Source: Oligoflexales bacterium | Lineage (GTDB): Bacteria; Bdellovibrionota_B; Oligoflexia; Oligoflexales; Bog-1112 | DNA length: 64,000 nt | Reading direction: 5' to 3' | Assembly: GCA_045106415.1 (NCBI GenBank) | Contig: JBGCEP010000030.1 | Location: forward strand, 11,921-75,920 | Shown here: one piece after another, positions 36,865 to 46,627 of the stretch | How positions within the stretch are numbered: position 1 is the stretch's first letter | How the letters are laid out: every line of letters starts with the position of its first letter | Position numbers and translations under genes: made by a program | Notes under the pieces: model-generated | Seen by the model: the letters and a program-made list of their open reading frames with translations, nothing else | What the model was told of the DNA's origin: nothing | Databases searched by the model: none

Positions 36865-38457
36865 CTATGCCGCATTTTGATGTTCTTCAAAAGGATCGAG
36901 ATGCGGCATCATTTTACTTAAAATAAGAAGAACATCTTCTATATTATGCAAATCTTTACAGAAAAATATCCGCATAACATCGATTTCATTTGATTGAAAT
37001 GGATATCGTGACAAACATTCTGACCCTATCATTTGCCCTAATAAATAAGCCACTTCTAAACTTATTCCACGGCTGCATTTCTCAAAAGAATCTTTTATAA
37101 TTTGGACTGTTAATCCATCTTTTCTTTTTATAGTTTCAAAAACTGAAATAACTTCTTTTGAGATAAAATATTGTTGAGAGCAATTTTTTGATTCATAGAA
37201 TAATAAATATTCTTTATGATGATAAAAATTCATAACTGAAAAATGTGGGTCAAAGATTTTAGCACACATAGTCCCAATGGCATTCCACAAGACATATTTA
37301 TAAAACACCATACATGCATCTCCTGAAAAATTAAAATGAGGATGAAGCATATGGTATAAAAACTGTCCGGCAAGGTATGGGAAAGCATCTTGCCAATGTT
37401 CATTAAAACAAACTGTATATCGATCTAAATCATATAATCCATAATCTTTTTGTAAACTTGTTGAGTTTTTTTGAAAACCTGAGAGCCACTGAAATGAAGA
37501 TTCATCAATGCAAAACTTTTGCAAGTTCTCTTGAGCAATACTTAAACCTAAAAAATCAGATAAATCTCTGCAAATTTCATAAAAATGGTAATCAAGATCA
37601 ATTCTAATCTCATTATAGTCATATGTTTTATGATCTGAAGCCTCTATTAAAGACGCCTTTAAATCACTCCACATATTAAAAGATTTCCATTTTGACCACG
37701 GAGTTGAGTTCATAATACAAAAATATCGTTCTGCAACAGATAAATAAATAGGAAATGATGATTTTTGCTCTAAACATTTAAAAAAATATTGATCAATATT
37801 ATTAACGATACGTACAATATAATCTTGAGAAACACCTAGTTTTGTAAGATGATCAGGAAGGTGAGATTGTGCTAAGTGATTCTCACCAACAACACAAATC
37901 AGCAATGAATTTTTATTATTTTTTTGTATTGCATATAAGCGTTGCGACATAAATTTATCCCGCTTTTGAAGTTGATCTAATCCTTTACGATTTGTATCAA
38001 TTCCATAAACGGGTATTTTAAAATCACGCGCAGTTGTGAGAAGCTCTTGATAATGCTTCCATGGAAAACCCCAATCACTTTCATATTGAATAGCTTCTAG
38101 AAAATCAAACTCTGTCATATTTCCTAAAAGATAAGCATCAATATAAGGTTGATCTTCTGCTCTAAAGATTTCCACACATAAGACAAGGCTACGATTTTTA
38201 TATAAATCTCTCAAAATATTACGACAACCATCGACAGAGGCTCGTGAAGTATGAAAGTCACCATACAGTAGTATATGAGAGCGGAGAATAGAAGCATGCA
38301 AAGCTTCTAAGGAAGTTACAGAAGCATCTTGAGAGAGCTCACAGAGAAATCTTTTTTCATAACGCTCTATTTCATTGGAATAATTTTGTCGCTCCGACAA
38401 AGCCTCATTCCATTCACGCTGAAAAAGCTCTTGATGTAGATGTTGTAAAGAGGCCAT
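36865..38457 (-). CDS. Cytoplasmic protein with an N-terminal ChaN/TIKI/TraB-like domain and an unknown C-terminal domain
   Basis: 530 aa with GGGGAGG SD and no signal peptide. Two GxxH motifs are spaced as in the ChaN/TIKI superfamily (LLYGDFHTSRAS and VVGENHLAQSHL). This is a motif-level call only. Confidence 0.45.
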   Translation of the reverse strand: MASLQHLHQELFQREWNEALSERQNYSNEIERYEKRFLCELSQDASVTSLEALHASILRSHILLYGDFHTSRASVDGCRNILRDLYKNRSLVLCVEIFRAEDQPYIDAYLLGNMTEFDFLEAIQYESDWGFPWKHYQELLTTARDFKIPVYGIDTNRKGLDQLQKRDKFMSQRLYAIQKNNKNSLLICVVGENHLAQSHLPDHLTKLGVSQDYIVRIVNNIDQYFFKCLEQKSSFPIYLSVAERYFCIMNSTPWSKWKSFNMWSDLKASLIEASDHKTYDYNEIRIDLDYHFYEICRDLSDFLGLSIAQENLQKFCIDESSFQWLSGFQKNSTSLQKDYGLYDLDRYTVCFNEHWQDAFPYLAGQFLYHMLHPHFNFSGDACMVFYKYVLWNAIGTMCAKIFDPHFSVMNFYHHKEYLLFYESKNCSQQYFISKEVISVFETIKRKDGLTVQIIKDSFEKCSRGISLEVAYLLGQMIGSECLSRYPFQSNEIDVMRIFFCKDLHNIEDVLLILSKMMPHLDPFEEHQNAA

Positions 38458-38487
38458 AACCTCCCCAAGTCACTCTTAACTCTATGA

Positions 38488-39522
38488 TCATAACGGATTT
38501 TTTTGTCTTGTCGGGAGGTAAATATAACCGAGACGGCCTTCTTGTAAGAAGTTTTCACCCGCCATCACAAAACTGCAACGAACACCAGAGATTCCCCCCC
38601 ACCAGACAGGGTTGGATTTCTGTAAAGATTTGATTATGCCTTGGCATTGCTCGGTTAATGAATCACTTGGTTTATGAACAATCTGCGTTCGAATCAGCAA
38701 ACCAAAACCGTCTACTGTAAATAAAGATGCAATATGCTTCACCTTATGCCCAGGCAAAAGTTTTTGCACCTCAAATTTCCATTCATTCTCAGGTAAGACT
38801 TGATCTCGAAATTGAAAGATTTCTTTTTGAATAGGGAGTTCATATAGACCAGCCCCACTTAAATATTTACCTGAGAGATCAAACCACATTCTTGCACCAA
38901 AAGTATCACCGACCAGCCTGCGTTGTTCTCCTCTTTGCAAAAGATGCTCATAAGACAAACCGTGATAAGACCAACGCATATAATGAAATCCACCTAAAAC
39001 CCAACGGTCATGATGAGGTACAAAAGTCACAAAAACACGACCTAAATCTTCTTGGCCTAAAATCTGAATCCAAACACCAAACATCAACGGATAGCCATAT
39101 TGAGGGTAGAGTGATACTTCAGTCGTATATGGACAAGAAAGGCTCTGAATCGAATTTTCCACGTTCTGCAATGCCCAAAAGCGATGCATTGATACCTCTA
39201 AAGGTCCTTTTAACCCAAGCTTCATCTGTATTAAGGCTTGGCCAATCTTGCTCGGAGTCATTTTTAAACGGGGGTGAAATAACTGAGAAAGCTCAATTGC
39301 ATCTTGCTCTTTTATCGATTTCAAAAGGATTTTTAATTTTTCTTGAGCCCCAGAAGGGATTTGTTTTGGAAACAACCTGACACAGCTTGCTGCTGGAGAC
39401 TCTGCTGAAAAAATTTGAGAACGGATGCTTTCAACCGGCAACGGCAATAAAGGCCGTTGCGCAAAAAGATGTAGATCACCCGCTATTACCACAAGAACCG
39501 CAGTCAGATTTTTCCAATTCAT
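38488..39522 (-). CDS. Secreted hypothetical protein
   Basis: ORF 38488..39531. ATG 39522 gives the signal MNWKNLTAVLVVIAGDLHLFA. I recognise no motif. Confidence 0.5.
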   Translation of the reverse strand: MNWKNLTAVLVVIAGDLHLFAQRPLLPLPVESIRSQIFSAESPAASCVRLFPKQIPSGAQEKLKILLKSIKEQDAIELSQLFHPRLKMTPSKIGQALIQMKLGLKGPLEVSMHRFWALQNVENSIQSLSCPYTTEVSLYPQYGYPLMFGVWIQILGQEDLGRVFVTFVPHHDRWVLGGFHYMRWSYHGLSYEHLLQRGEQRRLVGDTFGARMWFDLSGKYLSGAGLYELPIQKEIFQFRDQVLPENEWKFEVQKLLPGHKVKHIASLFTVDGFGLLIRTQIVHKPSDSLTEQCQGIIKSLQKSNPVWWGGISGVRCSFVMAGENFLQEGRLGYIYLPTRQKNPL

Positions 39523-39751
39523 ACGGTACAAGCTCCCAAGTCCCGAACTCTTGATTCACTGTTTGTAATGCATCATCAAGATAATCATACTCTACAGTCA
39601 TCAATTCGACGAGTTTCTCAGCTTCAAGGCAGTAAGCATTGTAAGTATATATTTCTTTTTCAGGTGAATAAATAATACTCACACCTGCTTGACGGGATTC
39701 AAACTTTAAAAACTTTTTATCATAATTATCATTATTTAAAGGACCTCTCAT
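39476..39751 (-). CDS. Small hypothetical protein (91 aa) with a C-terminal DCGSCGNSG tail
   Basis: Its ATG overlaps the fmt stop (ATGA), which suggests translational coupling. Its 3' end overlaps the next gene by about 47 nt. Confidence 0.4.
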   Translation of the reverse strand: MRGPLNNDNYDKKFLKFESRQAGVSIIYSPEKEIYTYNAYCLEAEKLVELMTVEYDYLDDALQTVNQEFGTWELVPYELEKSDCGSCGNSG

Positions 39752-40689
39752 GAGACCTCCACAGTGAAGAAATATTCTTTGTTTTTACGCCCATTGCAAA
39801 AATCATGCATTTTCATTAATTTTTTACCCTCAGGCTTTACACTATAAACCTCAAGAGAACCTTTAGCACACTGCACCCGCAAAACACCAGATTCCGGCTC
39901 CCAACGCCCTTGCCCAATGGTTTCAGAAAAAGACTGGGAGCTCACTTTTACGTCAGAAAAAACTATCCGACGCCCCTCTAGGAAACTATAAAGACCAGGC
40001 CAAGGCTGATAAGCTTTAAATCGTTGATAAATTTTCTGAGCAGATTCACTCCAAAGAATTTGGCCATCTTTTTTATGAATTTTTTTACATAATGTAATCA
40101 AACTTTCATCTTGTTCAACACCGACATACAAAGGATTTTCAAGGTGCTGCAAAGCCATCAAAACCTGTGATCCACCCTCAATAAATAAAGCATGCAGAAG
40201 ATCTTCAGCTGTTGCTTCTGGAGCAACATTTTGCTCTGTCTGGCAAATAATATTTCCTGCATCTAAGGCTTGCACTGTGAAAAGAATACTAACACCTGTT
40301 TTTGCATCACCCTCAAGCAATGTATTTTGCACCGGTGTTGCTCCTCTGTGTTTTGGTAGCAAAGAGGGGTGAATATTGATAGTCCCACGTTTTGGAATCT
40401 CTAAAAATTTTTTCGTCAAAATTTGGCCATACGCTGCTGTAATTGCCACATCTGGCTGTAGAGCAGAAAAGCGGGCTAGAAAATCTGGATCTGAGGCCTT
40501 CATTGGCTGTAAGACTTCAATGCCTTTTTGTTTGGCAAACTCAGCTACCGCAGGGTCCATCACTTTACGGCCTCGGCCCTGTTTAGACGCAGGTTGACTC
40601 ACAACAGCAACCACTTCATGATTCGACGCTAATAAAGACTCTAAGGGAGGAATCACACACGCTGGCGAACCTAAAAAAACAACTCTCAT
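39748..40689 (-). CDS. fmt: Methionyl-tRNA formyltransferase
   Basis: 313 aa. It reads MRVVFLGSP.. and ..NIHPSLLPKHRGATPVQ..L.G...TGVSI, the formyltransferase SLLP/HxSLLP motif. Confidence 0.9.
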   Translation of the reverse strand: MRVVFLGSPACVIPPLESLLASNHEVVAVVSQPASKQGRGRKVMDPAVAEFAKQKGIEVLQPMKASDPDFLARFSALQPDVAITAAYGQILTKKFLEIPKRGTINIHPSLLPKHRGATPVQNTLLEGDAKTGVSILFTVQALDAGNIICQTEQNVAPEATAEDLLHALFIEGGSQVLMALQHLENPLYVGVEQDESLITLCKKIHKKDGQILWSESAQKIYQRFKAYQPWPGLYSFLEGRRIVFSDVKVSSQSFSETIGQGRWEPESGVLRVQCAKGSLEVYSVKPEGKKLMKMHDFCNGRKNKEYFFTVEVS

Positions 40690-40798
40690 CCATCTCTCCT
40701 ACAACCAATCAAACATAGAGATAAACGGATTCTTTATCGACAGCAACAGAATTCGTCGCTTCCATCATAAGCGCCTAATAAAACAAGAATAACCAATA

Positions 40799-41608
40799 TT
40801 ATTTATCACGACATGTCTCTTGAAATTCGTCTTGTAGCGATTTATTGAGATTCATAGCTTTTGCAAAATCGTACTCACGACCAGAATAAATACGGCCATA
40901 ATACTCTGAAGCTTCAACAGATTTTTCTGGGGCCATATTCTCCAAAATCGCTGTGACTTGTTTTTGTTTCATATTTTTAAATAGAGCAACTCTAAGATCT
41001 TTATCCATTTTTTCAAAAATTGGAGCAGCTTTTTTAGGTTCCATTTTCACATAAAATGCTATTAAGTTTTCCAAACGATCTTCTTGAAGTTTTTTTTCTT
41101 TTTGCAACGTTGATTGAAAAAAATCCATCTCGTCATCAATTTTTTGAAGTTTTTCATCAATGCTTACTTCTAAATTTTGAAGCTGCTTATATTTATCTTT
41201 GAGTAGTTCAAGTCTATCTCGGACTTGACCCTGTAAACGCTCAACAATTTTAACATAACGCGCTGCATCTTCACGTTTAGCTTTTTCTGAATTAAAGTTT
41301 GGGAGCTCCAATAAACCGTGAAAAAAACCTTTTCTTTCATCTTTTTTTGTTGTATTTGCTTTTGCGATTTTTAAGCCGTCTTCATTCATTTGAAAACCTA
41401 ATAAATCTTCATCGTCAGTAGCTGCTTCTTCAATATTTTCTTCTATAATCTCCGCTGTCTCTTCATCAAGAGATTCTTGTTCTTCTGAAATTCCTTCTTC
41501 ATCTGCACCCACTAAATTTTTTTCACCAAACTCTAAATCAAACACCCAAAAAGCGGATACTACACACAAAATAGAAATTTTTAGAATAAAAATATTACGA
41601 AGAAACAT
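40799..41608 (-). CDS. MotE/FlbB (YlxF)-family flagellar protein
   Basis: It has an N-terminal TM segment, an acidic region and a coiled coil. The C-terminus PKKAAPIFEKMDKDLRVALFKNMKQKQVTAILENMAPEK is MgtE-N-like. It sits directly after fliJ, as ylxF does in Bacillus. Confidence 0.55.
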   Translation of the reverse strand: MFLRNIFILKISILCVVSAFWVFDLEFGEKNLVGADEEGISEEQESLDEETAEIIEENIEEAATDDEDLLGFQMNEDGLKIAKANTTKKDERKGFFHGLLELPNFNSEKAKREDAARYVKIVERLQGQVRDRLELLKDKYKQLQNLEVSIDEKLQKIDDEMDFFQSTLQKEKKLQEDRLENLIAFYVKMEPKKAAPIFEKMDKDLRVALFKNMKQKQVTAILENMAPEKSVEASEYYGRIYSGREYDFAKAMNLNKSLQDEFQETCRDK

Positions 41609-41618
41609 AAATCAAACC

Positions 41619-42062
41619 TTACATATTATATTTCCAATTATAGCTATCATCTTGCGATTCTTGCTCTTGTCTTGAAACTTCATTTGCGAGTTCTTGCCAT
41701 GTTCGATGTTTCATTTCTTCTGCTGCTTTCACAGACGCATGAGCTTCTTGAAGTTTTTTACCTTGCATTTGAACTCTGCGCTGAATATTTGATAACTCTA
41801 TATGTGATTTCGACCAATTTAATTTGGCATGATCTGCTAAATCTTCAAATGTTGATAACGAGTGCCGCTCAGATGAAGAACGCAATTGATTTACTTTATC
41901 AACGCCTTCTAAATATTGTTTTTGATACTCATTAAGTCTTTGTTCAAGGTTTTGTTTTTCAAATAAAAGATCTGAAAAAACTTTTTGTTCATTCTCAAGA
42001 GCAACTTTTCTCATCTTTAAAATAGTCACTAGTCTTTGATTTTTTTTAATGTAATCTCTCAT
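41619..42062 (-). CDS. fliJ: Flagellar export chaperone FliJ
   Basis: A 147-aa coiled-coil protein immediately downstream of fliI. The call rests on size, composition and position. Confidence 0.65.
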   Translation of the reverse strand: MRDYIKKNQRLVTILKMRKVALENEQKVFSDLLFEKQNLEQRLNEYQKQYLEGVDKVNQLRSSSERHSLSTFEDLADHAKLNWSKSHIELSNIQRRVQMQGKKLQEAHASVKAAEEMKHRTWQELANEVSRQEQESQDDSYNWKYNM

Positions 42063-42085
42063 TGTTTTCCCTGCTTATTAAAATT

Positions 42086-43399
42086 TCATGAATGCAACAA
42101 CCTGATAAGCCCTTGTATAGTATCTTTATAATCAGAGAGCTTTGTTGTATCTTGTTTTAAATACTCTTCAATTCTAGGCATTAAAAGTAATGCTCTATCG
42201 AGTTTAGGATTCGTTCCTTTTTCATAAGAACCTAATTGAATAAGGTCATAATTTTCTTCATATTGACTAATCAACGCCTTTAACTCAGTTGCAATCTTAC
42301 GATGTTGCTCAGGAACAACATCAATCATGACTCGACTTGCACTTGAAGTGACTTCAATAGCAGGAAAATGTCCTTGTGATGCAAGTTTTCGAGATAAATT
42401 AATATGCCCATCAAGAATAGATCGGACAGCATCAGGAATGGGGTCATTAAAATTATCACCATCTACTAAAACCGTATATAGCCCACTGATACTTCCATGC
42501 CCTTTTTCCTGAGGTCCACAACGCTCTAGTAAGCGAGGCAATAAAGAATAAACAGACGGTGGATAACCTTTTGTTGTTGGAGGCTCACCAGCTGCCAGTC
42601 CTATTTCTCTTTGAGCCTGTGCCACACGCGTCAAGGAATCAAGCATAAGTAATACACGTTTATTACAAGATGAAAAATATTCAGCAATAGCCGTAGCGAC
42701 AAAAGCTCCACGAATTCTCATTAAAGGAGATTGATCACTCGTGACAGCGATGACAACAGACTTCTTAAGACCTTCTTCTCCTAGTTCTCTTTCAATAAAT
42801 TCACGAACTTCTCGACCTCTTTCACCAATTAATGCAATGACATTAATATCCGCAGATGATCCTCGAGCAATCATCCCCATCAAGACACTTTTACCAACAC
42901 CAGATCCGGCCATAACACCAGTTCTTTGCCCCTCACCAAAGGTCAACAACCCATCAATCGCTCTCACCCCTAATGGCAATGGTTGGTGAATTCTAGATCG
43001 TTTTAACGGATTAGGTGCTTCTTTCTGCAAGGGACATAAACGAGCATCTGGCGATAAAGAAAAAGAACCATTTAAGCTATTTAAAAATGGATCTAATACA
43101 TGTCCCAATAAATGAGATCCTGCCCAAATATGGTCATGTACAGTGATAGGCTCAACGCGAGCACCAACATAAATACCACCAATGTTAGTGTAAGGCATTA
43201 ATAGAGTGCGGCCATTTTTAAAACCTACGACTTCTGCAGGAAGAATATCAGACGCTAAAATTTGTACTATCGTACCCAGACTACACTTTGGCATTGAGGC
43301 TTCGATCATTTGTCCCACAACATCCAGTACTCGACCAGATTGAGACCAAGATGATTTTGAAAATTCAAAATCACTACGTTTAAACTGTCGGATCTGCAT
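42086..43399 (-). CDS. fliI: Flagellum-specific ATPase FliI
   Basis: 437 aa. It has Walker A GSGVGKSVL, Walker B LLMLDSLTR, and ..SITGLYTVLV-like SISGLYTVLVDGDN. Confidence 0.95.
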   Translation of the reverse strand: MQIRQFKRSDFEFSKSSWSQSGRVLDVVGQMIEASMPKCSLGTIVQILASDILPAEVVGFKNGRTLLMPYTNIGGIYVGARVEPITVHDHIWAGSHLLGHVLDPFLNSLNGSFSLSPDARLCPLQKEAPNPLKRSRIHQPLPLGVRAIDGLLTFGEGQRTGVMAGSGVGKSVLMGMIARGSSADINVIALIGERGREVREFIERELGEEGLKKSVVIAVTSDQSPLMRIRGAFVATAIAEYFSSCNKRVLLMLDSLTRVAQAQREIGLAAGEPPTTKGYPPSVYSLLPRLLERCGPQEKGHGSISGLYTVLVDGDNFNDPIPDAVRSILDGHINLSRKLASQGHFPAIEVTSSASRVMIDVVPEQHRKIATELKALISQYEENYDLIQLGSYEKGTNPKLDRALLLMPRIEEYLKQDTTKLSDYKDTIQGLIRLLHS

Positions 43400-44636
43400 C
43401 TTCTTCGCCTATATCAAAAAGCCTTGTGTCGGCTTGCTCTAGAAAATCTCTTACTTTTCGTGAAATAGCACCTTCAATATCACCCCACTCAGTAACAATC
43501 TTAAAATCTTCCCCTTCTACTGAAGCATCTACCTTAAGGTGTGATAAAAAGTCCTCTGACACTATACCTTTTAGTTTTTCAAACATATTTTCATGAACAT
43601 GAACATGATAGTTATCGTCTTTAACACCATCTGTAATAGCTTTTTGAATAACTTCAGAAAAAATCCTAGGGCTTTCTGCTAAAGCATGACCTAAAACCCC
43701 TTCACAAATTGCTGCTGTAAGCTCCTGAAAATTATCTTGTATTTTATTCATGATTTGTGGTTTTAAAGCTTGGATTTCTCTTAAAGCTTCTTGCATGTTT
43801 TGTAAATTGGTTTCAGTTTTTACTTTATGCTCATCTGCGGCTTGCTTTAAACCTTCTTCATAGCCTTGATCAAAACCACTCTTTTGGCCTTCTTGGATAG
43901 CTTGATTTTTTAACTCCTCTAAATTATCTAAATGTTCTTTGTGTTCAATTTCTAAATTTTTCTGATTTTCTAATTCAGAATCAGTTGGCTTTAAATCTTG
44001 AGCGATATTTGGTTCAGAGGAATCATCAATATGAAACGTATCACGCTTTTCTTTTAAATCTGACAAAGGGTCGTTTTGGATCTCATTTTCAGGATGTATT
44101 GATAATGGATTAGCAGAATCTTGAGTTTCTTCTAAGACATTTAAATTACCGCTCTGTTCAGGAACTTTATTTTGATCTCGTTGGTTTTCCTCTTGATTAA
44201 ATTCTGATTTTTCATTTTCAATATTTTTTGTTTCCCGCGTTCCATTCGGCTGATGACGCTTCTGATCCATTCTCGCAAAATGCTCTTCTAGCTCATTATC
44301 AAAATCTTCTTCTTCTTCTTGCGATAAGCCTTTTTTATGTAATGCTTTCTGCCTTGCTTCTTTCCAATCATTGTTAAAATCACGCGGCTTCATTGTTGGA
44401 GGAGCGTGATCTTCAGCTAATGAAGGAAAGACATTTGGTGGTAATGCAGTATTTTTTTCTACAACTTTTGGATCATGAAGGCGTGAGTGAACTATATTAC
44501 CTGCAGGATTATCCGGATAAATTGTAAAATCAGCATGCAGTTGATGAAAGTCAAAAGATTCAAGCTTTACAACTTTCATCAAACGAGCATTATGTTTAAT
44601 AAAACGACCTTTGAGTTTATTACCATCATGTAGCAT
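43380..44636 (-). CDS. fliH: Flagellar assembly protein FliH with a long low-complexity N-terminal extension
   Basis: The C-terminal ~180 aa are FliH/YscL-like (GFDQGYEEGLKQA..; ..FKIVTEWGDIEGAISRKV). It overlaps fliI by 20 nt. Residues ~60-240 are acidic and Asn/Gln-rich. Confidence 0.75.
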   Translation of the reverse strand: MLHDGNKLKGRFIKHNARLMKVVKLESFDFHQLHADFTIYPDNPAGNIVHSRLHDPKVVEKNTALPPNVFPSLAEDHAPPTMKPRDFNNDWKEARQKALHKKGLSQEEEEDFDNELEEHFARMDQKRHQPNGTRETKNIENEKSEFNQEENQRDQNKVPEQSGNLNVLEETQDSANPLSIHPENEIQNDPLSDLKEKRDTFHIDDSSEPNIAQDLKPTDSELENQKNLEIEHKEHLDNLEELKNQAIQEGQKSGFDQGYEEGLKQAADEHKVKTETNLQNMQEALREIQALKPQIMNKIQDNFQELTAAICEGVLGHALAESPRIFSEVIQKAITDGVKDDNYHVHVHENMFEKLKGIVSEDFLSHLKVDASVEGEDFKIVTEWGDIEGAISRKVRDFLEQADTRLFDIGEEDADPTV

Positions 44637-44645
44637 AAGAGCCTA

Positions 44646-46259
44646 TTATTGATTAGGATTCAACAACATACGAATCGCTTCTGTTGTACGTTTTGGTTCG
44701 TTTCTAGCAAGGAATAACACTTGCTCTTGAGGGGATAACTTATCGAATGGCACATCTTCTTGAATCTGCACATTTTGAATACTTCCCAACTCAAGGTCTG
44801 GTTTGTATTCTTCAACAATAGCTTGTGCTTCTTTTCTTTCTGGATCATACGAAAGCCACCGAAAATAAGGCCTTACAATAAAGACAAAGAATAAAACAAG
44901 TGCAAGAGCAGAGGAAGCCGAGACAGCCAAAGTTGATAAATACTCTCGATCTTCTTGTTTAATTTTACTTAATTCCATCATTTGAAATGGGTCTAATTGG
45001 AACATCATATTTTCAACAGTGATCACATCGCCACGAACTTCTTTATACCCAACAGCACCTTCAATAAGTTTTCGTATTTTAAGCATTTCTTCTGGGCTTC
45101 TTTCTTCAAAAGCCGGAGTAGAACCATCAATAGGATAAATTTGTTTACCGTCAACAATCACAGAAACTGTAAGTCGATTAATCGTTCCTAGCTGTAAAGT
45201 TTTTTGGCTCACAGTTTTCGAAACTTCATAATTTAAAAGCTCTGTACTCTTCTCGCTTCCTGCTTTCGACCCTGAAGCTGCGAGTTGTTCTTGCTCCCCA
45301 GGTACGTTTGACTTACTTCCGGGAATTCCTGTCGGATTTAACCCTTCACCACTCATGGTCATGCCACTACTGTTTTTAGATAAAACAGCAACATCATCAG
45401 GATCCACATCAACGATACGTTGAGTTTCACGTGTAAAATCGATATCTGCATCAACTTTTGCTTCAACTCTATCTGGACCAACGACTCGGCCAACGATAGC
45501 TCGAATGCGTTCTTCCATACCAGATTCTATACTCTTTTTAAATTCCAAAAGATCTTGCGTTTGTTTTGTTCCTGGATCACGAGATTCAATCTCAGTTAAC
45601 ATTCGTCCATCTGAGTCAATAATTGTGATATTTGTTGGTTTTAATCCTTCTACAGAGTTTGACACAAGATGTTGAATTCCTTTCACTTGCTTTCGATCAA
45701 TCCCTGCATTTCTTCTCGTTCGAATATAAACAGCTGCAGTGGGTTCTTTTTCTTCACGAACAAAAAGGCTAATTTTAGGTAAAACAATATGAACACGAGC
45801 AGATTGGATGCCATCAATAGCGGCTATCGTTCTTGATAATTCTCCTTGAACAGCTCTTAGCCTTTGAATTTCTTGCTCAAACTGAGTTCGTGAAAAGTCT
45901 TCCTCATCAAATGCTTCCCATCCAACAACACCTTTTTCAGGCAACCCTTCTTGAGAAAGTTTAATACGTAATGTTGCAAGTTGCTCAACAGGGACTTTGA
46001 TTCCTTTAGCGTCAATCACATATTCATCAAATCCACTTCCCTGCAAATACCTTGTTACTTCTGCAACATCTTTTGACGTCAAATCAACAAAAAGATATCG
46101 CATTGTTGAACGCTCCTGTAGAAGCATAAGCGTCATCAGTCCACCACCTATAAATAAAAAGGCTATTCCCATCGCAATTTTTTGCACAAAGGATAATTTT
46201 TCCCAAATTTTTCGAGAAGCCTCAAAAATATTATTAAAGATTGAACTGATTTGATCCAC
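44646..46259 (-). CDS. fliF: Flagellar MS-ring protein FliF
   Basis: 537 aa. An N-terminal TM segment is followed by ..IDGIQSARVHIVLP.. (the YscJ/FliF signature) and a C-terminal TM segment. Confidence 0.9.
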   Translation of the reverse strand: MDQISSIFNNIFEASRKIWEKLSFVQKIAMGIAFLFIGGGLMTLMLLQERSTMRYLFVDLTSKDVAEVTRYLQGSGFDEYVIDAKGIKVPVEQLATLRIKLSQEGLPEKGVVGWEAFDEEDFSRTQFEQEIQRLRAVQGELSRTIAAIDGIQSARVHIVLPKISLFVREEKEPTAAVYIRTRRNAGIDRKQVKGIQHLVSNSVEGLKPTNITIIDSDGRMLTEIESRDPGTKQTQDLLEFKKSIESGMEERIRAIVGRVVGPDRVEAKVDADIDFTRETQRIVDVDPDDVAVLSKNSSGMTMSGEGLNPTGIPGSKSNVPGEQEQLAASGSKAGSEKSTELLNYEVSKTVSQKTLQLGTINRLTVSVIVDGKQIYPIDGSTPAFEERSPEEMLKIRKLIEGAVGYKEVRGDVITVENMMFQLDPFQMMELSKIKQEDREYLSTLAVSASSALALVLFFVFIVRPYFRWLSYDPERKEAQAIVEEYKPDLELGSIQNVQIQEDVPFDKLSPQEQVLFLARNEPKRTTEAIRMLLNPNQ

Positions 46260-46275
46260 TGGTTCCCCTTAAAAA

Positions 46276-46608
46276 TTAGACAGGCATTCTCATAACTTCT
46301 TGATATGCTTCAAGGGCTCTATTTCTAACTTGAACCATCAAATTAAAACTTAACTCTGCTTGACTTAAAGCCAGCATAGTTTCATGAATATTCTCAGTTT
46401 TTCCAGAAGCGATATGGGAGGCCATTTGATCTGCATTTTTTTGAGATTCATCCACACTATTTACTGCTTCTTTTAGTGTTTCGCTAAAAGAAGCAGTTTG
46501 CCCTGATGATTCTTCAAAATTCGCTTGAAGTGGGCCCTGCCCTTCAGAAAGATCATTTTGTTTTTTCAGTGCTTCTCGAAAAAGATTCTGAAATTCAATT
46601 TTTGTCAT
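46276..46608 (-). CDS. fliE: Flagellar hook-basal body protein FliE
   Basis: 110 aa with C-terminus ..MLALSQAELSFNLMVQVRNRALEAYQEVMRMPV, typical of FliE. Confidence 0.9.
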   Translation of the reverse strand: MTKIEFQNLFREALKKQNDLSEGQGPLQANFEESSGQTASFSETLKEAVNSVDESQKNADQMASHIASGKTENIHETMLALSQAELSFNLMVQVRNRALEAYQEVMRMPV

Positions 46609-46627
46609 AACCTACTCCTTTCATAGT

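Noticed and set aside
39476-39751. The 91-aa protein with a DCGSCGNSG tail as a RiPP precursor.
   Set aside because: No radical-SAM, YcaO, lanthionine synthetase, protease or transporter genes are nearby. The leader is long and the Cys tail is very short. This was speculation only.
40734-40741. A sigma28-like -10 element (GTCGATAA on the minus strand) upstream of fmt.
   Set aside because: There is no TAAA-type -35 at the required spacing. A FliA promoter in front of fmt has no supporting context.
43380-44636. The 418-aa protein as a FliG-FliH fusion that would explain the missing fliG.
   Set aside because: The N-terminal 240 aa are low-complexity and acidic. They lack any FliG-like motif and are too short and too biased for the three FliG domains.
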